Position numbers and translations under genes: made by a program
Notes under the pieces: generated by a model
What the model was told of the DNA's origin: nothing
The model's database searches: none
The model's input: the letters and a program-made list of their open reading frames with translations, nothing else
In this document: positions 37,236-49,575 of the stretch, piece by piece
Position numbering within the stretch: position 1 is the stretch's first letter
Layout: every line of letters begins with the position of its first letter
From: Eledone cirrhosa
Taxonomy: Eukaryota
DNA length: 64,000 nt
Direction of reading: 5' to 3'
Assembly: GCA_964016885.1 (NCBI GenBank)
Contig: OZ024747.1
Location: 23,374,001-23,438,000, forward strand

Positions 37236-37828
37236 ATATGTGCATTGATTGAAGGAATTGAATTGGGGGGGGGGGCTGTTGAAGGAGTCAATGAAGCAAC
37301 AACAACAACAACAAAAGAAATTAAATTAATAAAATGAAACAATCTATTTTTTTTAGAACTGTTGAGGGATAGGACGCTTTTTTGGAATTTGCAAGTTAGA
37401 AGAATCAATATTTGACTAATATTGATTCTTCTAACTTGCAAATTCCAAAAAAGCGTCCTATCCCTCAACAGTTCTAAAAAAAATAGATTGTTTCATTTTA
37501 TTAATTTAATTTCTTTTGTTGTTGTTGTTGTTGTTGCTTCATTGACTCCTTCAACAGCCCCCCCCCCCCAATTCAATTCCTTCAATCAATGCACATATCA
37601 TTACGAGGCTTGTCCCAAAAGTAAGGGTACTGATGTTATATTTAAATGGAAGTGAAACATGGACCTTTTCATCCAAATAACAAAAGCACCTTGATGACAC
37701 TTACACTCGCCTGCTTCAACGCAGTCAGAACATAAGCTGCCGACATTTGCTTTTGAGAGAGATATACGCCGGCCTCCCACACATATCTGTCGTTGTACGT
37801 AAAAGGAGAGTAAGATTTGCTGGCCACT
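37007..37828. repeat. Near-perfect ~820-bp palindrome (about 410-bp arms, centre near 37414)
   Basis: AGTGGCCAGCAAATCTTACTC...AGAATCAATATT-tgact-AATATTGATTCT...GAGTAAGATTTGCTGGCCACT; followed by three copies of TAGTCTAATAACTTGGAA. Confidence 0.93.
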
Positions 37829-38342
37829 AGTCTAATAACTTGGAATAGTCTAATAACTTGGAATAGTCTAATAACTTGGACATATAAATCCTAGAGACAG
37901 AAAAAATGTGTACAGCATCGCCCATGGGACTCGAGCCCAAACCTGCAATATATCGTTCCGCTGTTTTGAGTCCTACGGGGAGGTGTACAATTGTTTTTTG
38001 GTTTTTTTTTCTCTTTCCAGAGTATAATTACTTATCTTAGACTATTCTTCATAATCAAACAACGTTGACACTTCTGACTTTCAAATTCAAAAAACAAAAT
38101 GAAGAAAGATTGAAAGAAGTAAAAAAGGAATTGATAATGGTTTCTTATATAGGCACAAGGCCAGTAATTTGGGGGAAGGGGGGAAAGTCGATTAAATCGA
38201 CCCCAGTGCGTGACTGGTACTTTATTTTATCGATCCCATAAGGATGAAAGGCAAAGTTAACCTCGGCGGGATTTGAATTCAGATCATGAAAGAAGGAATT
38301 GCTAATAAAACTTGTCAAATCCAGTTCGATTACTTGTTACTA

Positions 38343-38680
38343 CAGGGTGGTCCGAAAGTCTTGTCACCTCCTACCAAAAAATAATGAGAAGCAGCTTATG
38401 TTCCCATCGCAGTATAGTCCTCTTCAGAGGAGCTGGTTTGACGAATCTTGCAGTGAAGTCATCCCCCATGCTCTATATCACACATCCTCCATGCTTTTGC
38501 AGGAATGCACACGATCATGTGTCCATACTTGCAAGCAGCCTCTCTTCCAAACTGTAGGAGCTCGTGTCAGCCATCTGAAATAGAGAATTATATTATTATT
38601 ATTATTATATATTATAATTAATGATATTATAAGTTAAAACAATATGTGACAAGGGGTGACAAGACTTTCGGACAACCCTG
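38343..38680. mobile_element. Tc1/mariner-type MITE
   Basis: TIRs CAGGGTGGTCCGAAAGTCTTGTCACC / GGTGACAAGACTTTCGGACAACCCTG, TA on both sides; lies between two divergent SINE family 1 copies. Confidence 0.88.
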
Positions 38681-39375
38681 TACTACACGATGTAAGACGG
38701 GATTTGGCAGAGTCGTTAACACATCGGATAGAATGCTTTATGGTATTTTTCCGGCTCTCTGCTCTCTGAGTTCGAATCCCGCCGAGGTCAATCTTGCCTT
38801 TCATCCTTTCAAAGTCGATAAAAAAATGTACCAGTCTAATACCGGGGCCGATTCTTCCTCTATATCTCTTTCTCATTTCCTCTCTCTCACTTTCTATCTT
38901 TCTCTGGAAGAAATCTGCTGTACTCAGTCAGGCTTGATGGGGAGATGGGCTCCGCCAGGCTTAAAGTGCCCAAGAAACCCCGTATATCAATACGGCGCCC
39001 CTGCGACCCTATCAGGAGTTACGGAACCATACATACCGTATTTCCCGGCACCGAAGACGCTTCATCCTCGAGAGCGCACCCTCATTCTGACAACCAAGAA
39101 TTTGAAAAAAAAAATAATAATAAACAACCTTCGACCTCCAGGACGCATGGTAGATTTTTGAGACTTATTTGGGGAAAAAAGTAATGTCTTCGACAGTGAG
39201 AAATACTATAAGGTGTGAGATTTGGCGTTTTATTGACCGAGAAAACCCCCACAGATTATCCTACACGTGATCACAAATAACAAGAGCTTAAGTTTCTCAT
39301 TTACTTTGCTACAGAGTCATTTTCAACTTACCTTGTCACCAATCTCGTTTTATAGTGTTGCCACTTCTCTGCATG

Positions 39376-39438
<63 letters not shown>

Positions 39439-39529
39439 ACTCTCACTATCTATCTATCTACCAGTCTAAGATTTCGTTTGAAAATCTCAATGTCAGAGGT
39501 CATGTTTTATTAATCGCAGCCAACCTCTT

Positions 39530-39866
39530 TCCACCACCAACAACAACACTAGCACCATCACCACCACCACCATCGCCACCATCAACACTACTACCACCGC
39601 CATTAATACTACTACCACCACTACCACCATCGCCACCATCAACACTACTACCACCGCCATTAACACTACTACCACCAACATTACCACTACTACCACCGCC
39701 ATCAACACAACTACCACCACCACCACCACCACCATCGCCACCATCAACACTACTACCACCATCACCACCGCCACCACCACCATCAACACTACTACTACCA
39801 CCACCACCACCATCAACACTACTACCACCGCCACTAACACTACTAACACCACCACCGCCACCGCTA
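39530..39866. repeat. (CCA/CTA)n compound trinucleotide tract
   Basis: Direct reading. Confidence 0.92.
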
Positions 39867-40211
39867 TTGTCAAATAAAAGTAAAATGAAACATAGGTGAA
39901 AAGGAAAGAAAGAAAAAAACTAAGAAAAGAAAAAAAAAAGAAAAGAAAGAGAAAGTAACTACTAACATGCAATATTTTTAAGACGTCAGATTGTAGAATC
40001 TCGGCGAGGTGAAGAAGTTATTTAGGTGTGTAAGCTTATCAACGTGATAATATACGGATGGAAAAACAATTTGAAAGGAGCAGACGATAACAAAAAAGAT
40101 AGAGACAGCAAGAGAGGCTGGAGAAGAATATTTAGATAAAAAAGGATTTTAAAGAATGATAAACTGATAAATATAAAAACAACAGTAAGTGCATCATTTT
40201 GATTCTAAGAT

Positions 40212-40269
<58 letters not shown>

Positions 40270-40452
40270 TGATTCTAAGATTACTCTCTCTCTCTCTCTC
40301 TCTCTTTCTCTCATATATATATATATATATATAATATAGAAATGGGTTCTACAGAACTAGAACTGTTTCATTCGGGAGAAATAATATTAATACTCTGCTA
40401 TGTATTGAGTACCTTACTTACTCTGGTTACCCCCGATTGAACCTGGGATAAA

Positions 40453-40518
<66 letters not shown>

Positions 40519-40557
40519 TTTATCCCAGGTTCAATATATGTATATGTATATATATAT

Positions 40558-40742
40558 GTTATACTTGGGGAGGGTGATATCCGTGTAATACCGCCAGAAC
40601 CAACAACAGAACACACTCACTGTTTGGTTGGTTTTCGCTTCTCGCTTCTGTGTCTTTTATATCGGTAATCTAACTTACTCGGTCCTCAATGGTGTCATTG
40701 ACTGACCGAGGGTCAAAAATAATACAGCTACAATATAGACAC
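40558..40742 (-). mobile_element. PLE pseudo-LTR 3' fragment (same family as 32192-33747) in (TA)n
   Basis: GTTATACTTGGGGAGGGT..AT..GTGTAATA..GCCAGAA...CACACTCACTGTTTGGTTGGTTTTCGCTTCTCGC...GGTCAAAAATAATACAG. Confidence 0.85.
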
Positions 40743-40894
<152 letters not shown>

Positions 40895-40957
40895 GTATAT
40901 ATATATGTGTATATATATATATATGTATATATATATGTGTATATATATATATGTATA

Positions 40958-41004
<47 letters not shown>

Positions 41005-41009
41005 ATATA

Positions 41010-41078
<69 letters not shown>

Positions 41079-41079
41079 G

Positions 41080-41110
<31 letters not shown>

Positions 41111-41395
41111 GTGTATATATGATATTAAATAAATGGAAACTATATTTATAAAACCATATTTATTTCATTATATATATTTCAGGGATATCATATTAACAAT
41201 ATGTTATGCCTTCCTCACACAAAATACAATATAGACAGTTTTATAGATAAATAGATTTGACATACCGTTCAACATCGACTTGTATTTGAAAAGTTGATTT
41301 GGCAGTGTATATATGTATATATATATATGTGTATATATATATATGTGTATATATGTATATATATATATGTGTATATATATATATTTGTATATATG

Positions 41396-41530
<135 letters not shown>

Positions 41531-41543
41531 GTATATATATATG

Positions 41544-41618
<75 letters not shown>

Positions 41619-41657
41619 GTATATATATATGTATATATATATATGTATATATATATG

Positions 41658-41690
<33 letters not shown>

Positions 41691-41717
41691 GTATATATAT
41701 ATATGTATATATATATC

Positions 41718-41752
<35 letters not shown>

Positions 41753-41958
41753 GTATATATGTATATATATATATATGAAAAGTTGATTTCTATGTGTATA
41801 TATGTATATATATATATATGTGTATATATATATATGTGTATATATGTATATATATATATGTGTATATATATATATATATGTGTATATATATATATATGTG
41901 TATATATATATATATATCTGTATATATATATATATGTATATATATATATGTATATATG

Positions 41959-41993
<35 letters not shown>

Positions 41994-42104
41994 GTATATA
42001 TATATACATATATATATATGTATATATATATATGTATATATATATACATATATATATATGTATATATATATATGTATATATATATATATGTATATATATA
42101 TATG

Positions 42105-42135
<31 letters not shown>

Positions 42136-42155
42136 GTATATATATATATGTATGG

Positions 42156-42191
<36 letters not shown>

Positions 42192-42234
42192 GTATATATA
42201 TATCTATATATATATATATATATGTATATATATG

Positions 42235-42299
<65 letters not shown>

Positions 42300-42314
42300 G
42301 TATATATATATATG

Positions 42315-42365
<51 letters not shown>

Positions 42366-42366
42366 G

Positions 42367-42398
<32 letters not shown>

Positions 42399-42442
42399 TG
42401 TATATATATGTATGTATATATATATATGTATATATATGTATG

Positions 42443-42475
<33 letters not shown>

Positions 42476-42476
42476 G

Positions 42477-42577
<101 letters not shown>

Positions 42578-42608
42578 GTATATATATATATGTATATATA
42601 TATATATG

Positions 42609-42639
<31 letters not shown>

Positions 42640-42640
42640 G

Positions 42641-42710
<70 letters not shown>

Positions 42711-42728
42711 AATATATATATATATATG

Positions 42729-42766
<38 letters not shown>

Positions 42767-42834
42767 AATATATATATATAAATATATATGTATATATATA
42801 AATATATACATTTATATATATTGAACCTGGGATA

Positions 42835-42870
<36 letters not shown>

Positions 42871-42876
42871 TATATG

Positions 42877-42912
<36 letters not shown>

Positions 42913-43071
42913 GTATTAAAGATACTATTTATGGTTATGTATATACTAAAACTTTTTATAGTTATATATATTTTAAACCCTAAACAGTGAAAGACAGTAA
43001 TTTAATACTACCTTATTACCAGTAAGATAAATAGCTCAATGTAATAACATCAGTTGTTCTACAGAACAGTT

Positions 43072-43634
43072 ATATAGAATTTACAGGAATCAAAGCTATG
43101 TTCAAAGCATTTATTAGCTTACAATTGTTTCATCCAAACCGAGGCTTGGAATCTTCAGAGCATTTTTCAATGTTTGTATACATACATGACCTCCATTCCA
43201 ACGCAAGAGACATACAGATACATATGTATATGACATATATTATATTATTTCTGAATAGCAATTTAAATCAAAGCAAAATTAAAATTAAAATTAAAATACA
43301 ACATCAATGCAAATTTAAAATACAATCGGCAGTTAACGTAGATAATGCAAGAGGATAGTTTGTTAGTCAGTAGTAGTAGTTATTGTATGCATTAGTTACA
43401 CGTGGGGAATGCACGTGTGTCTTATTTTTATATATGATTATTGTGCGGCAGGGTGTTACATGTAATACAAGCACTTTAAGCGGGTAATCAAGAGTATTAT
43501 GGAGGTTGTAGTGGTAAGGTATTTTTTGTATATACAAACATTGAAAAATGCTCCGAAGATTCCAAGTCTCGGTTTGGATGAAACAATTGTGAGCTAATAA
43601 ATGCTTTGAACATAGCTTTGATTCCCGTAAATTC

Positions 43635-43640
<6 letters not shown>
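43072..43640. mobile_element. Fold-back HHR element family F (duplicate at about 46990-47567)
   Basis: Inverted arms about 43072-43182 / 43529-43640; the right-arm HHR has a mutated core CCGAAGA. Confidence 0.8.
43117..43161 (-). ncRNA. Type I hammerhead ribozyme motif (family F), intact core
   Basis: GCT-CTGAAGA-T-TCCAAGCC-TC-GGTTTGGA-T-GAA-ACAATTGT-A-AGC: stem I GCT/AGC, 8-bp stem II, palindromic stem III, GUA cleavage triplet. Confidence 0.8.
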
Positions 43641-43665
<25 letters not shown>

Positions 43666-43801
43666 GTATATATATATATATATATAAGTATATATATATA
43701 TATATAAGTATATATATATATATATAAGTATATATATATATATATATAAGTATATATATATATATATGTAAATATATATATATATAAGTATATATATATA
43801 A

Positions 43802-43884
<83 letters not shown>

Positions 43885-44261
43885 AAAGTATATATATATA
43901 TATATATATAAGTATATATATATATATATATAAGTATATATATATATATATATAAGTATATATATATAAAAACAAATAACGAAACGAAATTAAATTTCGT
44001 TTCGTTTGTAATTCACTTTTGTATGACTGACGCTTAAACAATTAAGTTAAAAATGTACATCTACATATGCATACTGAAATACTAGTGTGTATATGAATAC
44101 ACACACGTATACATATGTAGGTGTACCAAGTCTTTCACTGGTCGCTTTACAGTGAGCGGCCCAGCTATTCTGTATGTAAACACACAGACAAACCGGTTTT
44201 TAGAGTCATACTGGTTTTTGGGGGAACACCTTCCCCCTATTCTCCAGAAAGCCAGACAAGG

Positions 44262-44306
44262 AATATTAAACTAGTTTCGTTGTTGTTACAACTCATCAGC
44301 AATATT
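44262..44306 (-). ncRNA. Type I hammerhead ribozyme, copy 1
   Basis: Reverse complement: AATATTG-CTGATGA-GTTGT-AACA-ACAAC-GAA-ACTAGT-T-TAATATT. Confidence 0.88.
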
Positions 44307-45145
44307 TACCTATCTACCGGCCTTTCTGGAGAATTGTAAAAGCACATATCGTTATATGCTTTTTCTATGAAAATTAGTAGTGGGCAGACTAATTTGCATA
44401 GAGTGTGAGTACGCACCGGTTCAGCGGAGACGATAAAAACAAATAACGAAACGAAATTAAATTTCGTTTCGTTTGTAACTCACTTTTGTATGACTGACGC
44501 TTAAACAATTAAGTTAAAAATGTACATCTACATATGCATACTGAAATACTAGTGTGTATATGAATACACACACGTATACATATGTAGGTGTACCAAGTCT
44601 TTCACTGGTCGCTTTACAGTGAGCGGCCCAGCTATTCTGTATGTAAACACACAGACAAACCGGTTTTTAGAGTCATACTGGTTTTCGGGGGAACACCTTC
44701 CCCCTATTCTCCACGTGTGTGTATATGAATACACACACGTGGAGAATAGGGGGAAGGTGTTCCCCCAAAACCAGTATGACTCTAAAAACCGGTTTGTCTG
44801 TGTGTTTACATACAGAATAGCTGGGCCGCTCACTGTAAAGCGACCAGTGAAAGACTTGGTACACCTACATATGTATACGTGTGTGTATTCATATACACAC
44901 TAGTATTTCAGTATGCATATGTAGATGTACATTTTTAACTTAATTGTTTAAGCGTCAGTCATACAAAAGTGAGTTACAAACGAAACGAAATTTAATTTCG
45001 TTTCGTTATTTGTTTTTATCGTCTCCGCTGAACCGGTGCGTACTCACACTCTATGCAAATTAGTCTGCCCACTACTAATTTTCATAGAAAAAGCATATAA
45101 CGATATGTGCTTTTACAATTCTCCAGAAAGGCCGGTAGATAGGTA

Positions 45146-45190
45146 AATATTGCTGATGAGTTGTAACAACAACGAAACTAGTTTAATATT
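45146..45190 (+). ncRNA. Type I hammerhead ribozyme, copy 2 (predicted cleavage after 45183)
   Basis: AATATTG-CTGATGA-GTTGT-AACA-ACAAC-GAA-ACTAGT-T-TAATATT. Confidence 0.9.
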
Positions 45191-45612
45191 CCTTGTCTGG
45201 CTTTCTGGAGAATAGGGGGAAGGTGTTCCCCAAAAAACCAGTATGACTCTAAAAACCGGTTTGTCTGTGTGTTTACATACAGAATAGCTGGGCCGCTCAC
45301 TGTAAAGCGACCAGTGAAAGACTTGGTACACCTACATATGTATACGTGTGTGTATTCATATACACACTAGTATTTCAGTATGCATATGTAGATGTACATT
45401 TTTAACTTAATTGTTTAAGCGTCAGTCATACAAAAGTGAGTTACAAACGAAACGAAATTTAATTTCGTTTCGTTATTTGTTTTTATCGTCTCCACTGAAC
45501 CGGTGCGTACTCACACTCTATGCAAATTAGTCTGCCCACTACTAATTTTCATAGAAAAAGCATATAACGATATGTGCTTTTACAATTCTCCAGAAAGGCC
45601 GGTAGATAGGTA

Positions 45613-45657
45613 AATATTGCTGATGAGTTGTAACAACAACGAAACTAGTTCAATATT
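45613..45657 (+). ncRNA. Type I hammerhead ribozyme, copy 3 (predicted cleavage after 45650)
   Basis: AATATTG-CTGATGA-GTTGT-AACA-ACAAC-GAA-ACTAGT-T-CAATATT; perfect 7-bp stem I. Confidence 0.92.
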
Positions 45658-45940
45658 CCTTGTCTGGCTTTCTGGAGAATAGGGGGAAGGTGTTCCCCAA
45701 AAAACCAGTATGACTCTAAAAACCGGTTTGTCTGTGTGTTTACATACAGAATAGCTGGGCCGCTCACTGTAAAGCGACCAGTGAAAGACTTGGTACACCT
45801 ACATATGTATACGTGTGTGTATTCATATACACACTAGTATTTCAGTATGCATATGTAGATGTACATTTTTAACTTAATTGTTATTTATATATATATGTAT
45901 ATATATATATATATAAGTATATATAAGTATATATATATAA

Positions 45941-46009
<69 letters not shown>

Positions 46010-46148
46010 AAAATGGAACGGGAACAAAACAGGGTGAAGAGGAAGGGCTGTGGGCCAGGTGGGAAGGTGAAGAAGTCAAATAGGCGAATGGGTGAAGAGG
46101 AAATATATATATATATAAGTATATATATGTATATATATATATATATAA

Positions 46149-46193
<45 letters not shown>

Positions 46194-46218
46194 TATATAT
46201 ATATATATATATATATAA

Positions 46219-46325
<107 letters not shown>

Positions 46326-46354
46326 TATATATATATATATATATATATATATAA

Positions 46355-46427
<73 letters not shown>

Positions 46428-46508
46428 TATATTGTATATATATAGGTATATAAGTATATATATATATTAAAATATAAGTAATAATAAAATAGATGTTCTT
46501 TTGATCAA

Positions 46509-46582
<74 letters not shown>

Positions 46583-46668
46583 ACTCCTGAAAATTTATTT
46601 TCGTTGAGTGCTTCCAATCTACTGTAAAACTCATTCTTTGAGATAATCATCGAATATTGTTTAACAAC

Positions 46669-46712
<44 letters not shown>

Positions 46713-46783
46713 AATATATACATTTATATATATTGAACCTGGGATATATTTATATATATATATATAAATATATATGTATATAA

Positions 46784-46815
<32 letters not shown>

Positions 46816-47033
46816 GTGTGTATATATAGTATTAAGGATACTATTTATGGTTATGTATATACTAAAACTTTTTATAGTTATATATATTTTAAACCCTTAA
46901 ACAGTGAAAGACAGTAATTTATTACTACCTTATTACCAGTAAGATAAATAGCTCAATGTAATAACATCAGTTGTTCTACAGAACAGTTATATAGAATTCA
47001 CAGGAATCAAAGCTATGTTCAAAGCATTTATTC

Positions 47034-47078
47034 GCTTACAATTGTTTCATCCAAACCGAGGCCTGGAATCTTCAGAGC
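47034..47078 (-). ncRNA. Type I hammerhead ribozyme motif (family F, duplicate)
   Basis: GCT-CTGAAGA-T-TCCAGGCC-TC-GGTTTGGA-T-GAA-ACAATTGT-A-AGC. Confidence 0.78.
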
Positions 47079-47575
47079 ATTTTTCAATGTTTGTACACAT
47101 AATTGACCTCCTTTCCAACGCAAGAGACATACAGATACATATGTATATATTGATGTACAGTGGGGTGACATATATTATATTATTTCTGAATGGCAATTTA
47201 AATCAAAGCAAAATTAAAATTAAAATACAACATCAATGCAAATTTAAAATACAATCGGCAGTTAACGTAGATAATGCAAGAGGATAGTTTGTTAGTCAGT
47301 AGTAGTAGTTATTGTATGCATTAGTTACACGTGGGGAATGCACGTGTGTCTTATTTTTATATATGATTATTGTGCGGCAGGGTGTTACATGTAATACAAG
47401 CACTTTAAGCGGGTAATCAAGAGTATTATGGAGGTTGTAGTGGTAAGGTATTTTTTGTATATACAAACATTGAAAAATGCTCCGAAGATTCCAAGCCTCG
47501 GTTTGGATGAAACAATTGTAAGCTAATAAATGCTTTGAACATAGCTTTGATTCCTGTAAATTCTCTCTCTATATA

Positions 47576-47617
<42 letters not shown>

Positions 47618-47724
47618 TATATATATATATATATATATATAAGTATATATATATATATATATATATATAAGTATATATATATATATATATATATATAAGT
47701 ATATATATATATATATATATATAA

Positions 47725-47803
<79 letters not shown>

Positions 47804-47830
47804 TATATATATATATATATACTTATATAA

Positions 47831-47863
<33 letters not shown>

Positions 47864-47968
47864 ACCATATATATATATATACTTATATAAGTATATATAT
47901 ATATATACTTATATAAGTATATATATATATATATATATATAAGTATATATATATATAAGTATATATAA

Positions 47969-48017
<49 letters not shown>

Positions 48018-48083
48018 ATATATATATATACTTATATAAGTATATATATATATATATATATATATAAGTATATATATATATAA

Positions 48084-48138
<55 letters not shown>

Positions 48139-48209
48139 ACCATCTTTCAACTGTGAACAATTTGTCAGCATTTTCTATTCCGTTTACCAATATATATATA
48201 TATATATAA

Positions 48210-48262
<53 letters not shown>

Positions 48263-48278
48263 CATATATATATAAAAG

Positions 48279-48316
<38 letters not shown>

Positions 48317-48449
48317 CATATATATATAAAAGTATATATATATATATATATATAGTGAAAAATGGAACGGGAACAAAACAGGGTGAAGAGGAAGGGCTGT
48401 GGGCCGGGTGGGAAGGTGAAGGAGTCAAATAGGCGAATGGGTGAAGAGG

Positions 48450-48514
<65 letters not shown>

Positions 48515-48539
48515 TATATATATATATATATATATATAA

Positions 48540-48616
<77 letters not shown>

Positions 48617-48650
48617 TATATAAGTATATTGTATATATATAACTATATAA

Positions 48651-48689
<39 letters not shown>

Positions 48690-48726
48690 TATAAGTAATA
48701 ATAAAATAGATATTCTTTTGATCAAT

Positions 48727-48771
<45 letters not shown>

Positions 48772-48873
48772 ATATATATAATAACTCCTGAAAATTTATT
48801 GCCGTTGAGTGCTTCCAATCTACTGTAAAACTCATTCTTTGAGGTAATCATCGAATATTGTTTAACAACTTAA

Positions 48874-48978
<105 letters not shown>

Positions 48979-49029
48979 GCAGACACACACCTAAACACAA
49001 TGGTAAATCCGGTACTGCCCATACATACA

Positions 49030-49575
49030 TACATGCAATGATATGGGACAAGGAAAAGAAGACAAGAACAGTAGTGGAAGTTAGCTGCCCAGCAGATGCC
49101 AATATAATATTAAATATCTGCGAAATGCAGAACTAATGAGAAATCTGCAGATACTCCACTCTGACTATACCTTCAGATTTATACCTGTGATTATTGGGGC
49201 ACTGGGATATGTTAGTAACTGCTTCAGAATAAATCTTGAGAAGCTGGGCTTCACAGAAACAGAAATAACACGATTAGTTAGGAAATTACAAGTACAATCC
49301 ATTAATGGAACAGTAAAAATATGGAAAACAAAAAAAATTCTGCATCTAATAACAGCATATACTCATATACAGATACAAAGCATATGTGTATGCACACATA
49401 TAACTCAAAACAAGCACATCCACACATACACTAACATCCATACCTGCATACACATGCATGCATATATATCTACATAGTTGATTTGTAAATTCCAATGACA
49501 GAGACTTTTATCTATGTTAGAAACCGACTCTCTCTCCATTGGCAAACATTTGTGAAATTATAAAACCAGAACATA
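49030..49575 (+). mobile_element. R4/Dong-like (restriction-like endonuclease) LINE 3' fragment, degenerate
   Basis: [22 protein letters not shown]...MRNLQILHSDYTFRFIPVIIGALGYV; homologous to 62900-63560; bounded by (CATA)n. Confidence 0.78.

Larger units (their letters stand above)
43968..45881. mobile_element. Tandem plus inverted array of a 467-nt hammerhead-containing non-coding unit (retrozyme-like or PLE pseudo-LTR array) inserted in (TA)n
   Basis: About 1.6 units in one orientation (43968-44712) and about 2.4 units in the other (44741-45881); period 467; near-identical copies. Confidence 0.9.

Noticed and set aside
39267-39972. Proline-rich 210-aa ORF resembling formin/extensin
   Set aside because: Lies on (CT)n and (CCA)n simple repeats, with no splice context or domain.
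44121-45798. Repeated 72-aa ORF MYQVFHWSLYSERP...
   Set aside because: Non-ATG start, antisense to the ribozyme strand, no recognisable domain; its recurrence only reflects the repeated unit.
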